This document shows, piece by piece, positions 29,883-39,826 of a stretch of DNA of 64,000 bases. Each line of letters begins with the position of its first letter. The first letter of the stretch is position 1. This DNA comes from a bacterium. GTDB taxonomy: Bacteria; RBG-13-61-14; DATKZS01. The notes beneath the pieces are model-generated. The model saw only the letters and a list, made by a program, of their open reading frames with translations. It was not told where the DNA came from and made no database searches. Position numbers and translations under genes: made by a program. The stretch is from assembly GCA_963674965.2 (NCBI GenBank), contig CAXXFL010000001.1, positions 736,001 through 800,000 of the forward strand, given 5' to 3'.

Positions 29883-31712
29883 TTGAAGCTTAAAAAAGAA
29901 CTCACGCTTCTCGATGTTTTCAGCATCACCGCCGGCGCGATGATGAGCGCTGGTCTTTTCCTGTTACCCGGCATGGCCTACCTCAAGACGGGTCCGGCCG
30001 CCCTGGTCTCCTATCTCCTGGCCGGGGTCCTGGCCACGGCGGGAATGCTCAGCCAGGCGGAGTTGACCTCGGCCATGCCCAAGGCCGGGGGCACGTACTT
30101 TTACGTGACCAGGAGCATGGGATCCGCCGTGGGCACGGTCTACGGACTCATCACCTTTTTGGCCCTGTCCCTTAAAAGCGCCTTCGCCCTTTTCGGCATG
30201 GCCGCTTTTACCAACTTTTTGATCGACGTCGATATAAGGCTGATCGCGATCCTCCTGTGCGTTCTTTTTCTGGTTCTCAACCTGGTGGGAGTCAAGGGCG
30301 CCGGACGGGTGCAGGTGGTCCTGGTAATAGTGATCCTGGCGGTTCTTGCCGTCTATTCCTTCATGGGCGTTCCTCAGGTGAAGGCCTCGCGCTTCGAGCC
30401 TTTCATGACGGGGGGAGCCGGATCGATACTGGCCACCGCGGGCTTCGTATTCGTGAGCTACGGCGGCCTTCTCAAGGTGGCCAGCCTGGCCGAGGAGGTC
30501 AAGGAACCCGGCAGGGTGTTGCCCCTTGGAATGATCCTCTCCCTTTTGGCGGTGGCCGTCGTATACTCGGCGGTTATCTTCGTGACCTACGGAGTGCTCG
30601 ATTCCGATACGCTTGGAAAAACCCTGACGCCCGTCTCCGACGCGGCCGAGGTCTTCATGGGAAAATGGGGAGCCGTTCTCCTCAGCCTTACCGCCATCCT
30701 CGCTTTTTCCTCCGCGGCCAACGCCGCCATCATGGGAGCCTCGCGCTATCCCCTGGCCCTGAGCAGGGACTCTCTTATACCCGGCCTCTTCTCCCGCGTG
30801 AACGGGAAATTTAATACTCCTCACTACGCCCTTCTCGCCACCGGCGTTTTCATGATGGGCGCGTTGTTTCTGAATCTGGACGCCATCGTCAAGGCCGCCT
30901 CGAGCGTTTTGATCCTCACTTACTTATTCTCCTGTCTGGCCAATATCATCATGCGCGAAAGCCGGATACAGAACTACCAGCCAGCCTTCAAGGCCCCTCT
31001 CTATCCTTGGATTCAGATAGCCGGCGTCATCGGCTTTTGTCTTCTCTTGATCGAGATAGGCTCCGAGGCCTGGCTGGTGGGAGGAGCGCTCAGTCTTGTT
31101 GGACTCCTCGTATACATGCTTTACGGCAGGCGCAGGGTGAAGAGGGAATACGCGCTTTTACATTGCATCGAGAGGATCACGGCCAAGGAGTTGACCACCC
31201 ACTCCCTGGAGGAGGAACTCAAGGAAATCATCCGGGAAAGGGACGACATTGTCAAGGACAGGTTCGACTCCCTGGTCGAGAAATGCACGGTCCTCGATAT
31301 TGACGAGCCCATGAGCGCGGAGTCCTTTTTCAAGATCGTGGCCGATCATCTGGCCCAAGGCGTGGACATGGGACCGGCCGAGTTGGTGAAGCTCTACCTC
31401 GAGCGCGAAAAGGAAAACGACACGGTCATCGCCAAGGGTCTCGCCATACCCCATATCGTGGTGCCGGGGGAGAAAACCTTTAACGTCCTGATCGCCCGGT
31501 GCAGGCCGGGGGTCCTGTTCCTCGAGTCGGCCTCCCGGGTCAACGCCGCCTTCGTGCTGATGGGAAGCTCGGACGAGAGAAACTTCCACCTGCGCGCCCT
31601 CGCCGCCATCGCCCAGATAGCCATGGACCCCCACTTCGAGAAAAAATGGATGAGCGCCAAGAGCGTGGAAGCGCTGAGAGATATCGTGCTTTTAAATCCC
31701 AGAAAACGGTGA
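29883..31712 (+). CDS. APC amino-acid permease fused to a C-terminal PTS EIIA domain
   Basis: About 12 TMs, GAMMSAGLF, AEEVKEP; C-terminal LERE...GLAIPH...HLRALAAIA. Confidence 0.88.
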   Translation: MKLKKELTLLDVFSITAGAMMSAGLFLLPGMAYLKTGPAALVSYLLAGVLATAGMLSQAELTSAMPKAGGTYFYVTRSMGSAVGTVYGLITFLALSLKSAFALFGMAAFTNFLIDVDIRLIAILLCVLFLVLNLVGVKGAGRVQVVLVIVILAVLAVYSFMGVPQVKASRFEPFMTGGAGSILATAGFVFVSYGGLLKVASLAEEVKEPGRVLPLGMILSLLAVAVVYSAVIFVTYGVLDSDTLGKTLTPVSDAAEVFMGKWGAVLLSLTAILAFSSAANAAIMGASRYPLALSRDSLIPGLFSRVNGKFNTPHYALLATGVFMMGALFLNLDAIVKAASSVLILTYLFSCLANIIMRESRIQNYQPAFKAPLYPWIQIAGVIGFCLLLIEIGSEAWLVGGALSLVGLLVYMLYGRRRVKREYALLHCIERITAKELTTHSLEEELKEIIRERDDIVKDRFDSLVEKCTVLDIDEPMSAESFFKIVADHLAQGVDMGPAELVKLYLEREKENDTVIAKGLAIPHIVVPGEKTFNVLIARCRPGVLFLESASRVNAAFVLMGSSDERNFHLRALAAIAQIAMDPHFEKKWMSAKSVEALRDIVLLNPRKR

Positions 31713-31726
31713 CCGAAGCAGCCGCG

Positions 31727-32872
31727 CTATACCGCGTCGCTTTTATAAACCGGCGGATGAGACTTGATGAAATCCACCACCTCGGCCGGGTCGTCGGAAA
31801 GGAAAAGCAGTTTCTCGTATTCCCTTCCCTTGGCCAGGCCCCGAAGCATCGGATACAGGGAAGTCTCGGCCTCGTAGCGCTCCCGGCCCAGGAAAACCAT
31901 GGGACTGTAATAATCGAAAGTGCCGTAATGGTTCTGAGTGGCGTCCTGGAATATCTCCTGCGTCGTGCCCGCGCTTCCCCTGGCGTAAACGATCCCGTGG
32001 AGGCAGACGGCTAGAAGGCAATCCTCGCGCAGGCTGTTCGAGAAATACTTGGCAATGGAAGAGGCGAAAAGGTTCGAGGGCTCGTGCCCGTAAAACCAGG
32101 TGGGAATGGCCAGACTGCGGCCACCGAAAGGATAGGAGCCGATGACCTCCTCGGCCCTCTCGATGTAGCCCCCGTCCTTATAAGACGGTGACTGGGCCAG
32201 AATGCCGATGGCCCGCTCGAGGTCATCATCGGACGCCGGGGACATGTAGGCCCCCAGGTTGGCCGCCTCCATCACGCCGGGACCGCCGCCGCTGACCACC
32301 ATGTAGCCCTCCCTGGCCAGGAGCTGGGCCGTACGGGCGACCTGGACGTAATCCTTGCCGCCCCTCATGGCGCCGTGACCTCCCATGATCCCGACCAGTT
32401 TCTTCTCCGTCATGCCCGAATCGTCGAACTGGAGAAGCTCGCGAAGGGCGTTGTCAATGGCGTGGTCGTGAATCCTTTGCGCCAGGGCCTCGCAAACGTC
32501 AGGGTTCGATCTTCCCATTTCCTTGAAGTGAGTATAAATCCTGAGGTCGAGGCTGTTATCCAGGTCCTTCGAGTAGCCCTCCATCAGCTCTCGCCAGGAA
32601 TAAAGACTCGAGCGATAGGGGTTGTAAGGAAGACCCTCGAAACGGGGAAAAACGAAGGCCCCCTTGGACCTGAGCAGTAGCTCGTCCTCGACGCTCCTGA
32701 ACAGGCAACCCATAAAATAGGAGTTGTCGACCTTAACCGAGTTCCAATCCACGTCCAGGCCGGAAAGGTCCAGCCCCTGAACCAGGCAGTTGCCGAGGGA
32801 ATCCCCCATTTTTACGAACTCTTCCAGGTTGTCTATCTCGTGAATGGTACCGCGCGTTTTTCTTTTGACCAT
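31727..32872 (-). CDS. LOG family (Rossmann-fold nucleotide-binding) protein
   Basis: SGGGPGVMEAANLGA and GSAGTTQEIFQD. Confidence 0.87.
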   Translation of the reverse strand: MVKRKTRGTIHEIDNLEEFVKMGDSLGNCLVQGLDLSGLDVDWNSVKVDNSYFMGCLFRSVEDELLLRSKGAFVFPRFEGLPYNPYRSSLYSWRELMEGYSKDLDNSLDLRIYTHFKEMGRSNPDVCEALAQRIHDHAIDNALRELLQFDDSGMTEKKLVGIMGGHGAMRGGKDYVQVARTAQLLAREGYMVVSGGGPGVMEAANLGAYMSPASDDDLERAIGILAQSPSYKDGGYIERAEEVIGSYPFGGRSLAIPTWFYGHEPSNLFASSIAKYFSNSLREDCLLAVCLHGIVYARGSAGTTQEIFQDATQNHYGTFDYYSPMVFLGRERYEAETSLYPMLRGLAKGREYEKLLFLSDDPAEVVDFIKSHPPVYKSDAV

Positions 32873-32972
32873 TTACTCCTCCAGAGGCGATAGTAGCACG
32901 GATTGACCCGTCGGCAAGATTAGTTGGCCAGGGATACCGGCCAAACGCCGGCAAGCGCGTTTAAATAGGTTG

Positions 32973-33644
32973 TTAACCGCGCTTGCCGGAAAGACCGTAA
33001 ATGATAAGCTCGGTCAAACCCTTGGCCGCCTCATCGAGATCGGGGTCCTCGGACTCGAGGAGGTTGGTCGTGATGTAAAAAAGGATCGTGCCAAGGGGAA
33101 GGAAAGCCGCCAGCCGAACGTCGGAGACGCCGATAAGGCCCAGCCGCCTGGCCAGGGATATGTCCGTCTGGGCCTGGATCAACATGATCTTGCCGATCCT
33201 TTTCAAAATCTCGTCCACCTCGGCGTCAAGCCCGCTCCACTCCCGCGTGAGCACCATGAAAACGTCGGCGTTTTCGCTCACCGCCTCGAGAACTCTCTTG
33301 GTCCTTTGCTCGATGAAATTCTCGAGGCTGAAACTTCCAAGATTACTCAGGCCCTCCTCACTGGGCTGGACCGGCTCGAGCATGGTCTGGATTTTATCCA
33401 CCGCGTCGAAGATGACCTCACGGAAAACCTCGCGCTTGTTCTTGAAATGCGCGTACAGCGTGCCCTGGGCTATGCCGCAGGCGGAGCAAAGGTCCTCCAC
33501 AGTGGTCCCCCGATATCCCTTTTCCGCGAAGATACCCCGCGCCCGCCTGATAACCTGGGCCCGGCGCTCGGACCTTTTCATGTAGTTGTACGTTCCCGGA
33601 CCGGACGCCACGGTAGCACGTTTTCTCAGTCTTACTTTTGGCAT
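32973..33644 (-). CDS. TetR/AcrR family transcriptional regulator
   Basis: FAEKGYRGTTVEDL...GIAQGTLYAHFKNK HTH. Confidence 0.92.
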   Translation of the reverse strand: MPKVRLRKRATVASGPGTYNYMKRSERRAQVIRRARGIFAEKGYRGTTVEDLCSACGIAQGTLYAHFKNKREVFREVIFDAVDKIQTMLEPVQPSEEGLSNLGSFSLENFIEQRTKRVLEAVSENADVFMVLTREWSGLDAEVDEILKRIGKIMLIQAQTDISLARRLGLIGVSDVRLAAFLPLGTILFYITTNLLESEDPDLDEAAKGLTELIIYGLSGKRG

Positions 33645-33661
33645 GTCCTTCTATCTTTTCC

Positions 33662-34855
33662 TTAGGGCTTGGGAGCGGTCATCTCCATGAGCTTTTCCTT
33701 GATCCCGAGGGAAACGGTTTCATTGACGTCGGAAAAGGATAGCCGGGGAGGCCCGCCGGACAACTGGAAAGCCCGGGCCAGGACCCTGTCGTCCCAAATC
33801 GTGTTTAAGTCGTTTACCGTCAGCTTCTCGGACCTTGCCGCCTCGGCGGGACCTCCTAAAAGGGTGACCACGCCCTTGTTGAAGGAATTGGCCATGGTCC
33901 TCGAGGAGTAGGGGTCCCTGGTGATCTTCTTCTCGGACTCGGGGGTTTCATCTCTTCCCATCAGTAGCCAGGAAAGGGACGTCATATCGTGGGCCGTAAC
34001 GGAGGATGAGGCTATCACCAGTCCCGTTTCCGGCTCGACCACGTAACCCTTGTCCGGTCCCAGGGTGGTCAGGACCCTGGTGGCAATGGTGAGAGTGAGC
34101 CTTTGCTTTTCCAAAAGCACCTCGGCCCAGTTGGCCTCGGCGGTCTTCTCCTGGAATGAGCTCGCGTCGCGGTGATACTCGAGACGGGTGTCGGTCCGCC
34201 ACCATCCCACCGCGGCCTTGAGCCCGAGCGAGCTACCGGCCAGAAGATGCCGGCCGCAGCGGGGCATGAGGACGATATGATCGACCTCCCTGGTCTTTTT
34301 CGGCATCATGACCCCGCCTTTCCAGCTCGAGCCTGCCTTGATTCCGACCTCATCAAAGGCCTCCCAGCCGTCCTCCTCGGGGAAGTAAAGCACGGCGCCC
34401 GACTCGAGGGCCGCGCGGGCCAGGCCCGATCGCTCCATCAACTCGCGGCTCGAGCCCCGGAGCTTGTCGGGACTCAGCTTGACGTGCTCGACGCCGGAAG
34501 TGTCGGACACGATAACCTTGCCCGCGCCCTTTTCCCTCAATATCTTTATCATCGCCGCCAGGCCCTCGGGACTGGTCGTGGCCGGATAGGGGTTGCCCGA
34601 GTTCACCACCGGCTTGATCAGCACCGAGTCGCCTTTCGAGAGCCACGAAAAACCGCCCGCCCCCTCGGCGGCGCTCCGCGCCGCCGACTCGATCACGGCC
34701 GCGTCGGCTCCCCTGGGCACGCCCGCCAGTCCCACGTCCGCGGTCTTGTCGCTCGCTCGAGCCGCGCCGGCTGAGGCCAACGCCGCGGCCGCTCCCGCGC
34801 CCACGAGAGAGTTGAACTCACGGCGTCCCATTTCCGAGCTTTTAAAGCGCTTCAT
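33662..34855 (-). CDS. Tat-exported DUF362 domain protein
   Basis: GRREF signal; GDSVLIKP, TTSP, DHIVLMP..RH, LGLK. Confidence 0.8.
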   Translation of the reverse strand: MKRFKSSEMGRREFNSLVGAGAAAALASAGAARASDKTADVGLAGVPRGADAAVIESAARSAAEGAGGFSWLSKGDSVLIKPVVNSGNPYPATTSPEGLAAMIKILREKGAGKVIVSDTSGVEHVKLSPDKLRGSSRELMERSGLARAALESGAVLYFPEEDGWEAFDEVGIKAGSSWKGGVMMPKKTREVDHIVLMPRCGRHLLAGSSLGLKAAVGWWRTDTRLEYHRDASSFQEKTAEANWAEVLLEKQRLTLTIATRVLTTLGPDKGYVVEPETGLVIASSSVTAHDMTSLSWLLMGRDETPESEKKITRDPYSSRTMANSFNKGVVTLLGGPAEAARSEKLTVNDLNTIWDDRVLARAFQLSGGPPRLSFSDVNETVSLGIKEKLMEMTAPKP

Positions 34856-34879
34856 TTTTTCCTCCCCATAACGAGCCGC

Positions 34880-35632
34880 TCATGTCGAAAGAAGTTTCGA
34901 GGCCATCTCCTCCCCCCATTTGCCTATGGCCTCCCAGTCGCGCCAGTCGCCCTCCACGAAGCGAAGGGACTTCATCATGGTCTTGTCCGAGCGGCTAAGC
35001 TTATCGAAGTCGATGGCCCCGGCGAAAAGAGTCATGTCCGCGGGCTTCACCTCCGGATACTTTTTAAGGACGGGATCGAAATACTCCATTACCCGCGATC
35101 TTCGCTCCTCCTTCGACTCGTTCTTGGGCGGAAGCGTGCCCGGCTTGCCAATGGCGGGCTGCTCGGGCACTATCTGGAGGCAGGTCATAAAATAGGCGAC
35201 CCTGGTCCGGGAAAGCGCCGACTGGTTCTTCTTGATAAAGTCCACCGCGCCCGGCATCCACCCGAAGTTTCTGGCGGCCCCCCCGACGATCACGGCCTTG
35301 TAGGGCGCAAGGTCCTTGACCTCGTCGGACGGAAGAACGTCGCAGGCCGCGCCGGCGGCGCAAAGCTTTTTCCCTATGGCCTCGGCCACCTCTCCCGTGG
35401 TCCCGTACTTGCTGGCGTAGGTTACCAGCGCCCTCGTTACCTCGTCCTTTTTCTCGCCGCAACTGGACCTTGCGAAGTCGGCATTATCCGCCGCCAGGGC
35501 GCGCGAAAGAGGCGAGACGGTCAAAGCCGCGGCGGCGGCCGCACCCGCGACCTCGATAAACACTCGGCGGTCGGCGCGGCATATCTTTTCTTTTTCGTTT
35601 TTCTTAAAGAGTTCCGGTTTTTTCCTTTCCAT
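34880..35632 (-). CDS. Flavodoxin domain protein (HemG/flavodoxin_5-like) with Tat-like signal
   Basis: DRRVF plus Ala-rich signal; YASKYGTTGEVAEAI, FAGAID, GDWRDWEAI. Confidence 0.85.
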   Translation of the reverse strand: MERKKPELFKKNEKEKICRADRRVFIEVAGAAAAAALTVSPLSRALAADNADFARSSCGEKKDEVTRALVTYASKYGTTGEVAEAIGKKLCAAGAACDVLPSDEVKDLAPYKAVIVGGAARNFGWMPGAVDFIKKNQSALSRTRVAYFMTCLQIVPEQPAIGKPGTLPPKNESKEERRSRVMEYFDPVLKKYPEVKPADMTLFAGAIDFDKLSRSDKTMMKSLRFVEGDWRDWEAIGKWGEEMASKLLST

Positions 35633-35841
35633 GTCATTGCCTCCTTTTTTCGTCCAAAACCAGTCGGCCATGATTTTAATTCGATTTTATTGCAAGATAA
35701 ATCCTTTATAATTCATCTAATTAAAATATAATATGAATACATATCACAACAATAAGGTCATATGCAAAAAAGGGAGACGACGCCAACGCGCTAACAAATA
35801 TTACAAGGACAATCCCGTCGCCTTATATAAGACGCCGTCCG

Positions 35842-36675
35842 CTAATAGAATTTTTCCCTGGCCGTAACGTCTCCCAGCCATCTTTCGAAAAAGATATTGT
35901 AGAAAACTTGGGACATGAGGTTTCCGAGCCGGATATCCGCGGCCAGGGCCTTTTGGGGACATCCGTTGAAGCAGTGATAACAGCGAAGGCACGTCTCGCC
36001 GAAGGAAGGGAGCGGATTAAGGGTAATGGCCCCGGCCGGGCAGGCGGCCTCGCACCATCCGCAGGAGTTGCATTTTTCCGGGTCGGGGACCGGAGGCGGA
36101 AGCAGGGCCCGAAGTTGTTCGTCCGTGTTGAGGATGGCCACCAGGTCGTAAAAACCCCGGCCCGGCTCGAGCGCGTCCACGCGGCTGGAAGGGACCGGGC
36201 CCGGCAGCCCCTTTTCGATAAGCGCCTTGGCCTCGGCGCCGAAGGCCCTGGCCAGGGCCAGGTCATCCTTATCGGGCCGGCCGGGGAAGCGGCCGTTGAT
36301 GGCGGGGAAGGGATGGAAGCACTCGCCCCGAATCAATATCCCTCCCCTGGCGCGGCCGCCTTTTTTTTGGAGGGCGTCGGTCATTTCGTAAAGGACCCGG
36401 CCCGGTCCTCCTCCGCTGGTGGCGAAGACGAGGACCTCGCGTCCGGCCAGGTCCGGAAGAGCCCGGATGAAGTCGAGGACCGGCTGAGGGGCCCGGCTCG
36501 AGAAACATGGCGAGCCCACGGCCACAAGGTTCGAATCCCAAACGCTCCGGGTCTTGGCCTTTTTCAGTGAAAGCAGTTGGATGGACGCTCCGGCCGACTC
36601 GAGGCCCTCGGCCAAGGCCCGTCCCACCTTCCTGGTGTTTCCGGTCTGGGAGAAATAGACCACCGAGGCTTTCAT
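35842..36675 (-). CDS. EFR1-type flavodoxin/ferredoxin fusion
   Basis: YFSQTGNT plus two CxxCxxCxxxCP motifs. Confidence 0.88.
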   Translation of the reverse strand: MKASVVYFSQTGNTRKVGRALAEGLESAGASIQLLSLKKAKTRSVWDSNLVAVGSPCFSSRAPQPVLDFIRALPDLAGREVLVFATSGGGPGRVLYEMTDALQKKGGRARGGILIRGECFHPFPAINGRFPGRPDKDDLALARAFGAEAKALIEKGLPGPVPSSRVDALEPGRGFYDLVAILNTDEQLRALLPPPVPDPEKCNSCGWCEAACPAGAITLNPLPSFGETCLRCYHCFNGCPQKALAADIRLGNLMSQVFYNIFFERWLGDVTAREKFY

Positions 36676-36681
36676 GACCGC

Positions 36682-37464
36682 TCAGCCCGCCTTGGGTGTC
36701 TCTTTGGTTTTATACAGGGAATCGAGGACGTTGCGGATGTACTGCTCGTCGGTGAGGCCGAAGGTCGCCTCCTCGGGGAACTCGGCTACGGAGCGGAAGT
36801 AATCGGCCAGTTCCTTGTTCAACTCGACTCGACGCTCATCCTCGAGCTGGTCCCGCCTGAGGATGACCCGGGTGGCGAGGGCGGCCTCCTCGGCGCTCAC
36901 CCGCTGGCGGAGCCGGGCCTCGAGGTGAGGATAGTCTCGAAAGGAATTGTATTTGCCCGCGGTCACGTCGGCCAGGACGTGGTCGAAAGTGGGACGGCTT
37001 CTTATAACCGCGGTATTGGCGGCGTAATCGCCCAGCCGCTGTGATTTCCGGCTGAAAAAACAGGCCAGCCCCCCGAGAAGATAGAAAGCCGGCAGGGCGT
37101 CCACGAAGCGAAGCAGGTTGCGGATGACTATCTGTGAGAACTTGAGCCTCAGTCCTCCCTCGTCCACCACCCTGAGTTTAAAGACCCTCTTGCCGATGGT
37201 CTGGCCTCGCCAGTGCCACTCGAGGGCCATGCCGTATCCGATGGAAACGACGAAGTACATGACGATCATGGCGGCCGACATCAGGTCCGGGCTGATAATG
37301 CCCAGAAAACCGATGAGCACGTTGGCCAGGGTGGTCAGCGCGCCGATCACGAGAAGATCGATGAAGAAGGCGAAGAACCTGGTCACGGGCCCGGCCAGGG
37401 GGAGGGTAAAGGACACGCCCTCCGGCGTCCTTATCACGAGCGCGTTGGTCCTTGCCTCGCTCAT
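36682..37464 (-). CDS. RDD family protein
   Basis: TPEGV, RFFAFFID, GQTIGKR, QRLGDYAANT. Confidence 0.9.
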   Translation of the reverse strand: MSEARTNALVIRTPEGVSFTLPLAGPVTRFFAFFIDLLVIGALTTLANVLIGFLGIISPDLMSAAMIVMYFVVSIGYGMALEWHWRGQTIGKRVFKLRVVDEGGLRLKFSQIVIRNLLRFVDALPAFYLLGGLACFFSRKSQRLGDYAANTAVIRSRPTFDHVLADVTAGKYNSFRDYPHLEARLRQRVSAEEAALATRVILRRDQLEDERRVELNKELADYFRSVAEFPEEATFGLTDEQYIRNVLDSLYKTKETPKAG

Positions 37465-38486
37465 GACCTTGTTTTCTCCTCGGCCAGGGATTCCCCCTTA
37501 CCCCGGCCGGTAAAGCCAAGGTAGAGGAAAAGCATGAAAAGCTCGCATAGCCCGAAGAATATCTTGACCGAGTAAGGCAGGACGGGCTCGTGGTACTGGC
37601 TGAAGAAGGCCTCGACGAACCCCGCCCATACAAGCAGGATCGCCACGCCGGCGATGAGCGTAACCAGGTCGGGACCGATCTGGCGCAGTCTCGTCTTCAC
37701 GCTTTCCGAGGCGCCCCATCCGATCAGGGCCCTGGCCAGCACCAGTCCCGCCTGTCCCGCTATCAGAATGCAGGGTATCTCGACCGACCCGTGAGGCAAT
37801 AGCCAGCCGGCCAGGAACTTGCCCTCCCCGGCGAGAACGTAATCCAGGCCGACCACCCCCAGGATAACTCCGTTGTGAAAAAGCAGCAGGATGGTCCCGA
37901 TCCCGTAGGTCATGCCCAGGGCCAGGGCCATAATGGAAACCCTGGTGTTGTTGGTCCACAAGGAAGCGGAGAAACCTCCCATGTGCCCGGCGAGCCGTTC
38001 GCCGCCCTCCTTCTCCTCGTGCTTGACCCGCTCGGACGGGTCGCCGTGGAGGTGGGGAAAAGGCGCGAGTATCGTGCTCTTTACGCCCGGCTCGATATAG
38101 AGTACGAATGCCCCGAAGGATGAGCCCGCCAAAGTGACGGCCAGGGACAGGGCGAAGGCCCAGGCGTGCCGCCTGAAGGTTTGGGGAAAGGTCCTGGTTA
38201 TCCAGACGAGGGGGGCCAGGCGGGTCCTTTTATCGCGGCTCTCGTGTATCTCCGCGTAGGCCCGGGCCACCAGGGACTCGAGGTCACGTCTTACCCGGGG
38301 CTCAGCCGGAAAGGACGACAATTTGGCCAGGTCGGCCTGGGCCCTCTGATAAAGGTAATGGAACCGCTTGGCGGACCTCAGGTCCAGGACCCTCTCGACC
38401 TCCTGTTCCATGTTGGAGATCATGGCCTCGAGCTCGTTCCAATAAGGGCGCTCGGCCGCCAGAAATCTTTGCAGGTCCATTATCAA
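37461..38486 (-). CDS. Stage II sporulation protein M-like (DUF95) membrane protein
   Basis: LYQRAQADL, NNTRVS, NGVILG, PHGSVEI, AGFVEAF. TTG start at 38486 overlaps the DUF58 stop; ATG 38480 is an alternative. Confidence 0.88.
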   Translation of the reverse strand: MIMDLQRFLAAERPYWNELEAMISNMEQEVERVLDLRSAKRFHYLYQRAQADLAKLSSFPAEPRVRRDLESLVARAYAEIHESRDKRTRLAPLVWITRTFPQTFRRHAWAFALSLAVTLAGSSFGAFVLYIEPGVKSTILAPFPHLHGDPSERVKHEEKEGGERLAGHMGGFSASLWTNNTRVSIMALALGMTYGIGTILLLFHNGVILGVVGLDYVLAGEGKFLAGWLLPHGSVEIPCILIAGQAGLVLARALIGWGASESVKTRLRQIGPDLVTLIAGVAILLVWAGFVEAFFSQYHEPVLPYSVKIFFGLCELFMLFLYLGFTGRGKGESLAEEKTRS

Positions 38487-39826
38487 AGGAGTTGCCTCCT
38501 CTTTACTCCGATGTATTGCGATACCAGCTCGGGGCAAAGGCCCTCGTTGGCGATCATGCTCATGGGAGCTCCCCTCCGGTTGAGGGCGCCTTCCAGTTCC
38601 TTGAGCCTCTGCCAGACCAGGTGGCCGCCGAGTTTCTCGTAAACGCCGTCAATATTGGCCACGTCGGGCGAGCTGAAAAGCGGCGCCACGCCGGGGGCCG
38701 TGAGCATGTTGACAAGGACCAGGTGGCTTCCGCTGAGCACGGGAAGCTTGTCCACGAAGTTTTCCGCCAGCACCGGGTCGTCGAGGTTGGTAAGAAAAAT
38801 AAGCAGCGCCCTCCTTCTCATCCTCGTCTTGATAAAGGAGAAGACCTCGCCGAAATCCGGGTTGACCGGGTCGGGCTCGAGGGCGTACAGGGCGTCGCGA
38901 ACCGCTCCGTAGTGGGCCTTGCCGTTCCTGGCCCTGACGAACCGGTTGACCTTGTCCGAGAAGGCGACCACGCCGAAGAGGTCTCCTTGCTTCTCCGCCA
39001 CCAGGCCCAGCACCATGGCCGCCGTGATGAAGCGCTCGAGCTGGGTGGTCTCGCCGCTCCCGTTGCCGACGGACTCGACCGTCCTGGCGCTGAGGCGGGA
39101 CGAGTCGATGACCACGTAAATCTCCTGGGTGCGCTCGATCTGGAAGACCTTGGTCACGGGAAAGCCGCGCTTGGCCGTGGCCTTCCAGTGGACGTCCTCA
39201 TATCCGTCGCCGGGAACGTATTCCCGCAGCTTCTCGAACTCCCTTCCCTTCCCGACCTGGCGCTGGGCGTGGACGCCGAACATGCCGCGGTTGAGGAAAA
39301 GGGCCGCCAGGTTCTTTTGCTCGTGAAGAGTGTTCGGATAGGCTCGGACCTCGCCCCGCGCGGCCGAGGTCTTTCGCGTGGACCACAGTCCCAGGGCCGA
39401 GGCCGTCTCGAGGTAGACGTTCTCGAGATGGAATACGCCTCTCCTCAAAGGGGTGACGGGTATCTGGATACGGGAGAGGGCGGCCCCCTCCGGCAGGACC
39501 ACGTCCAATTCCCGGCCGTTCATTGCCAGGTCGCGGGGAGGAAGAAGGCCCAGCCTTATATTGATGGACTTTTGCTTTTCGTTTTTGATCTCCAGCTCGA
39601 GCGGGCCTTCCCGGTCCTTGGTCAGACGCGTTACCGGGGGAAAGGAAGCCTCGACCCCATCCAGTCGCCCGAGGGAGAAGGCCGCGTCCGCCGCGGCTAT
39701 GGCGGCCAGGGCCGCGCAGGCCAGGGCAACCACGCCGATCATGCCCGGCTCGATGGCGTAACCGACGGCGAGCGCCAGTCCGAGAAAGGCGGTCCAGAAA
39801 ACAAGCCTGTCGCGTGGGACGATCAT
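38483..39826 (-). CDS. DUF58 domain protein (vWA-like)
   Basis: EFEKLREYVPGD..VHWKATAKR, VIDSSR. Confidence 0.92.
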   Translation of the reverse strand: MIVPRDRLVFWTAFLGLALAVGYAIEPGMIGVVALACAALAAIAAADAAFSLGRLDGVEASFPPVTRLTKDREGPLELEIKNEKQKSINIRLGLLPPRDLAMNGRELDVVLPEGAALSRIQIPVTPLRRGVFHLENVYLETASALGLWSTRKTSAARGEVRAYPNTLHEQKNLAALFLNRGMFGVHAQRQVGKGREFEKLREYVPGDGYEDVHWKATAKRGFPVTKVFQIERTQEIYVVIDSSRLSARTVESVGNGSGETTQLERFITAAMVLGLVAEKQGDLFGVVAFSDKVNRFVRARNGKAHYGAVRDALYALEPDPVNPDFGEVFSFIKTRMRRRALLIFLTNLDDPVLAENFVDKLPVLSGSHLVLVNMLTAPGVAPLFSSPDVANIDGVYEKLGGHLVWQRLKELEGALNRRGAPMSMIANEGLCPELVSQYIGVKRRQLL

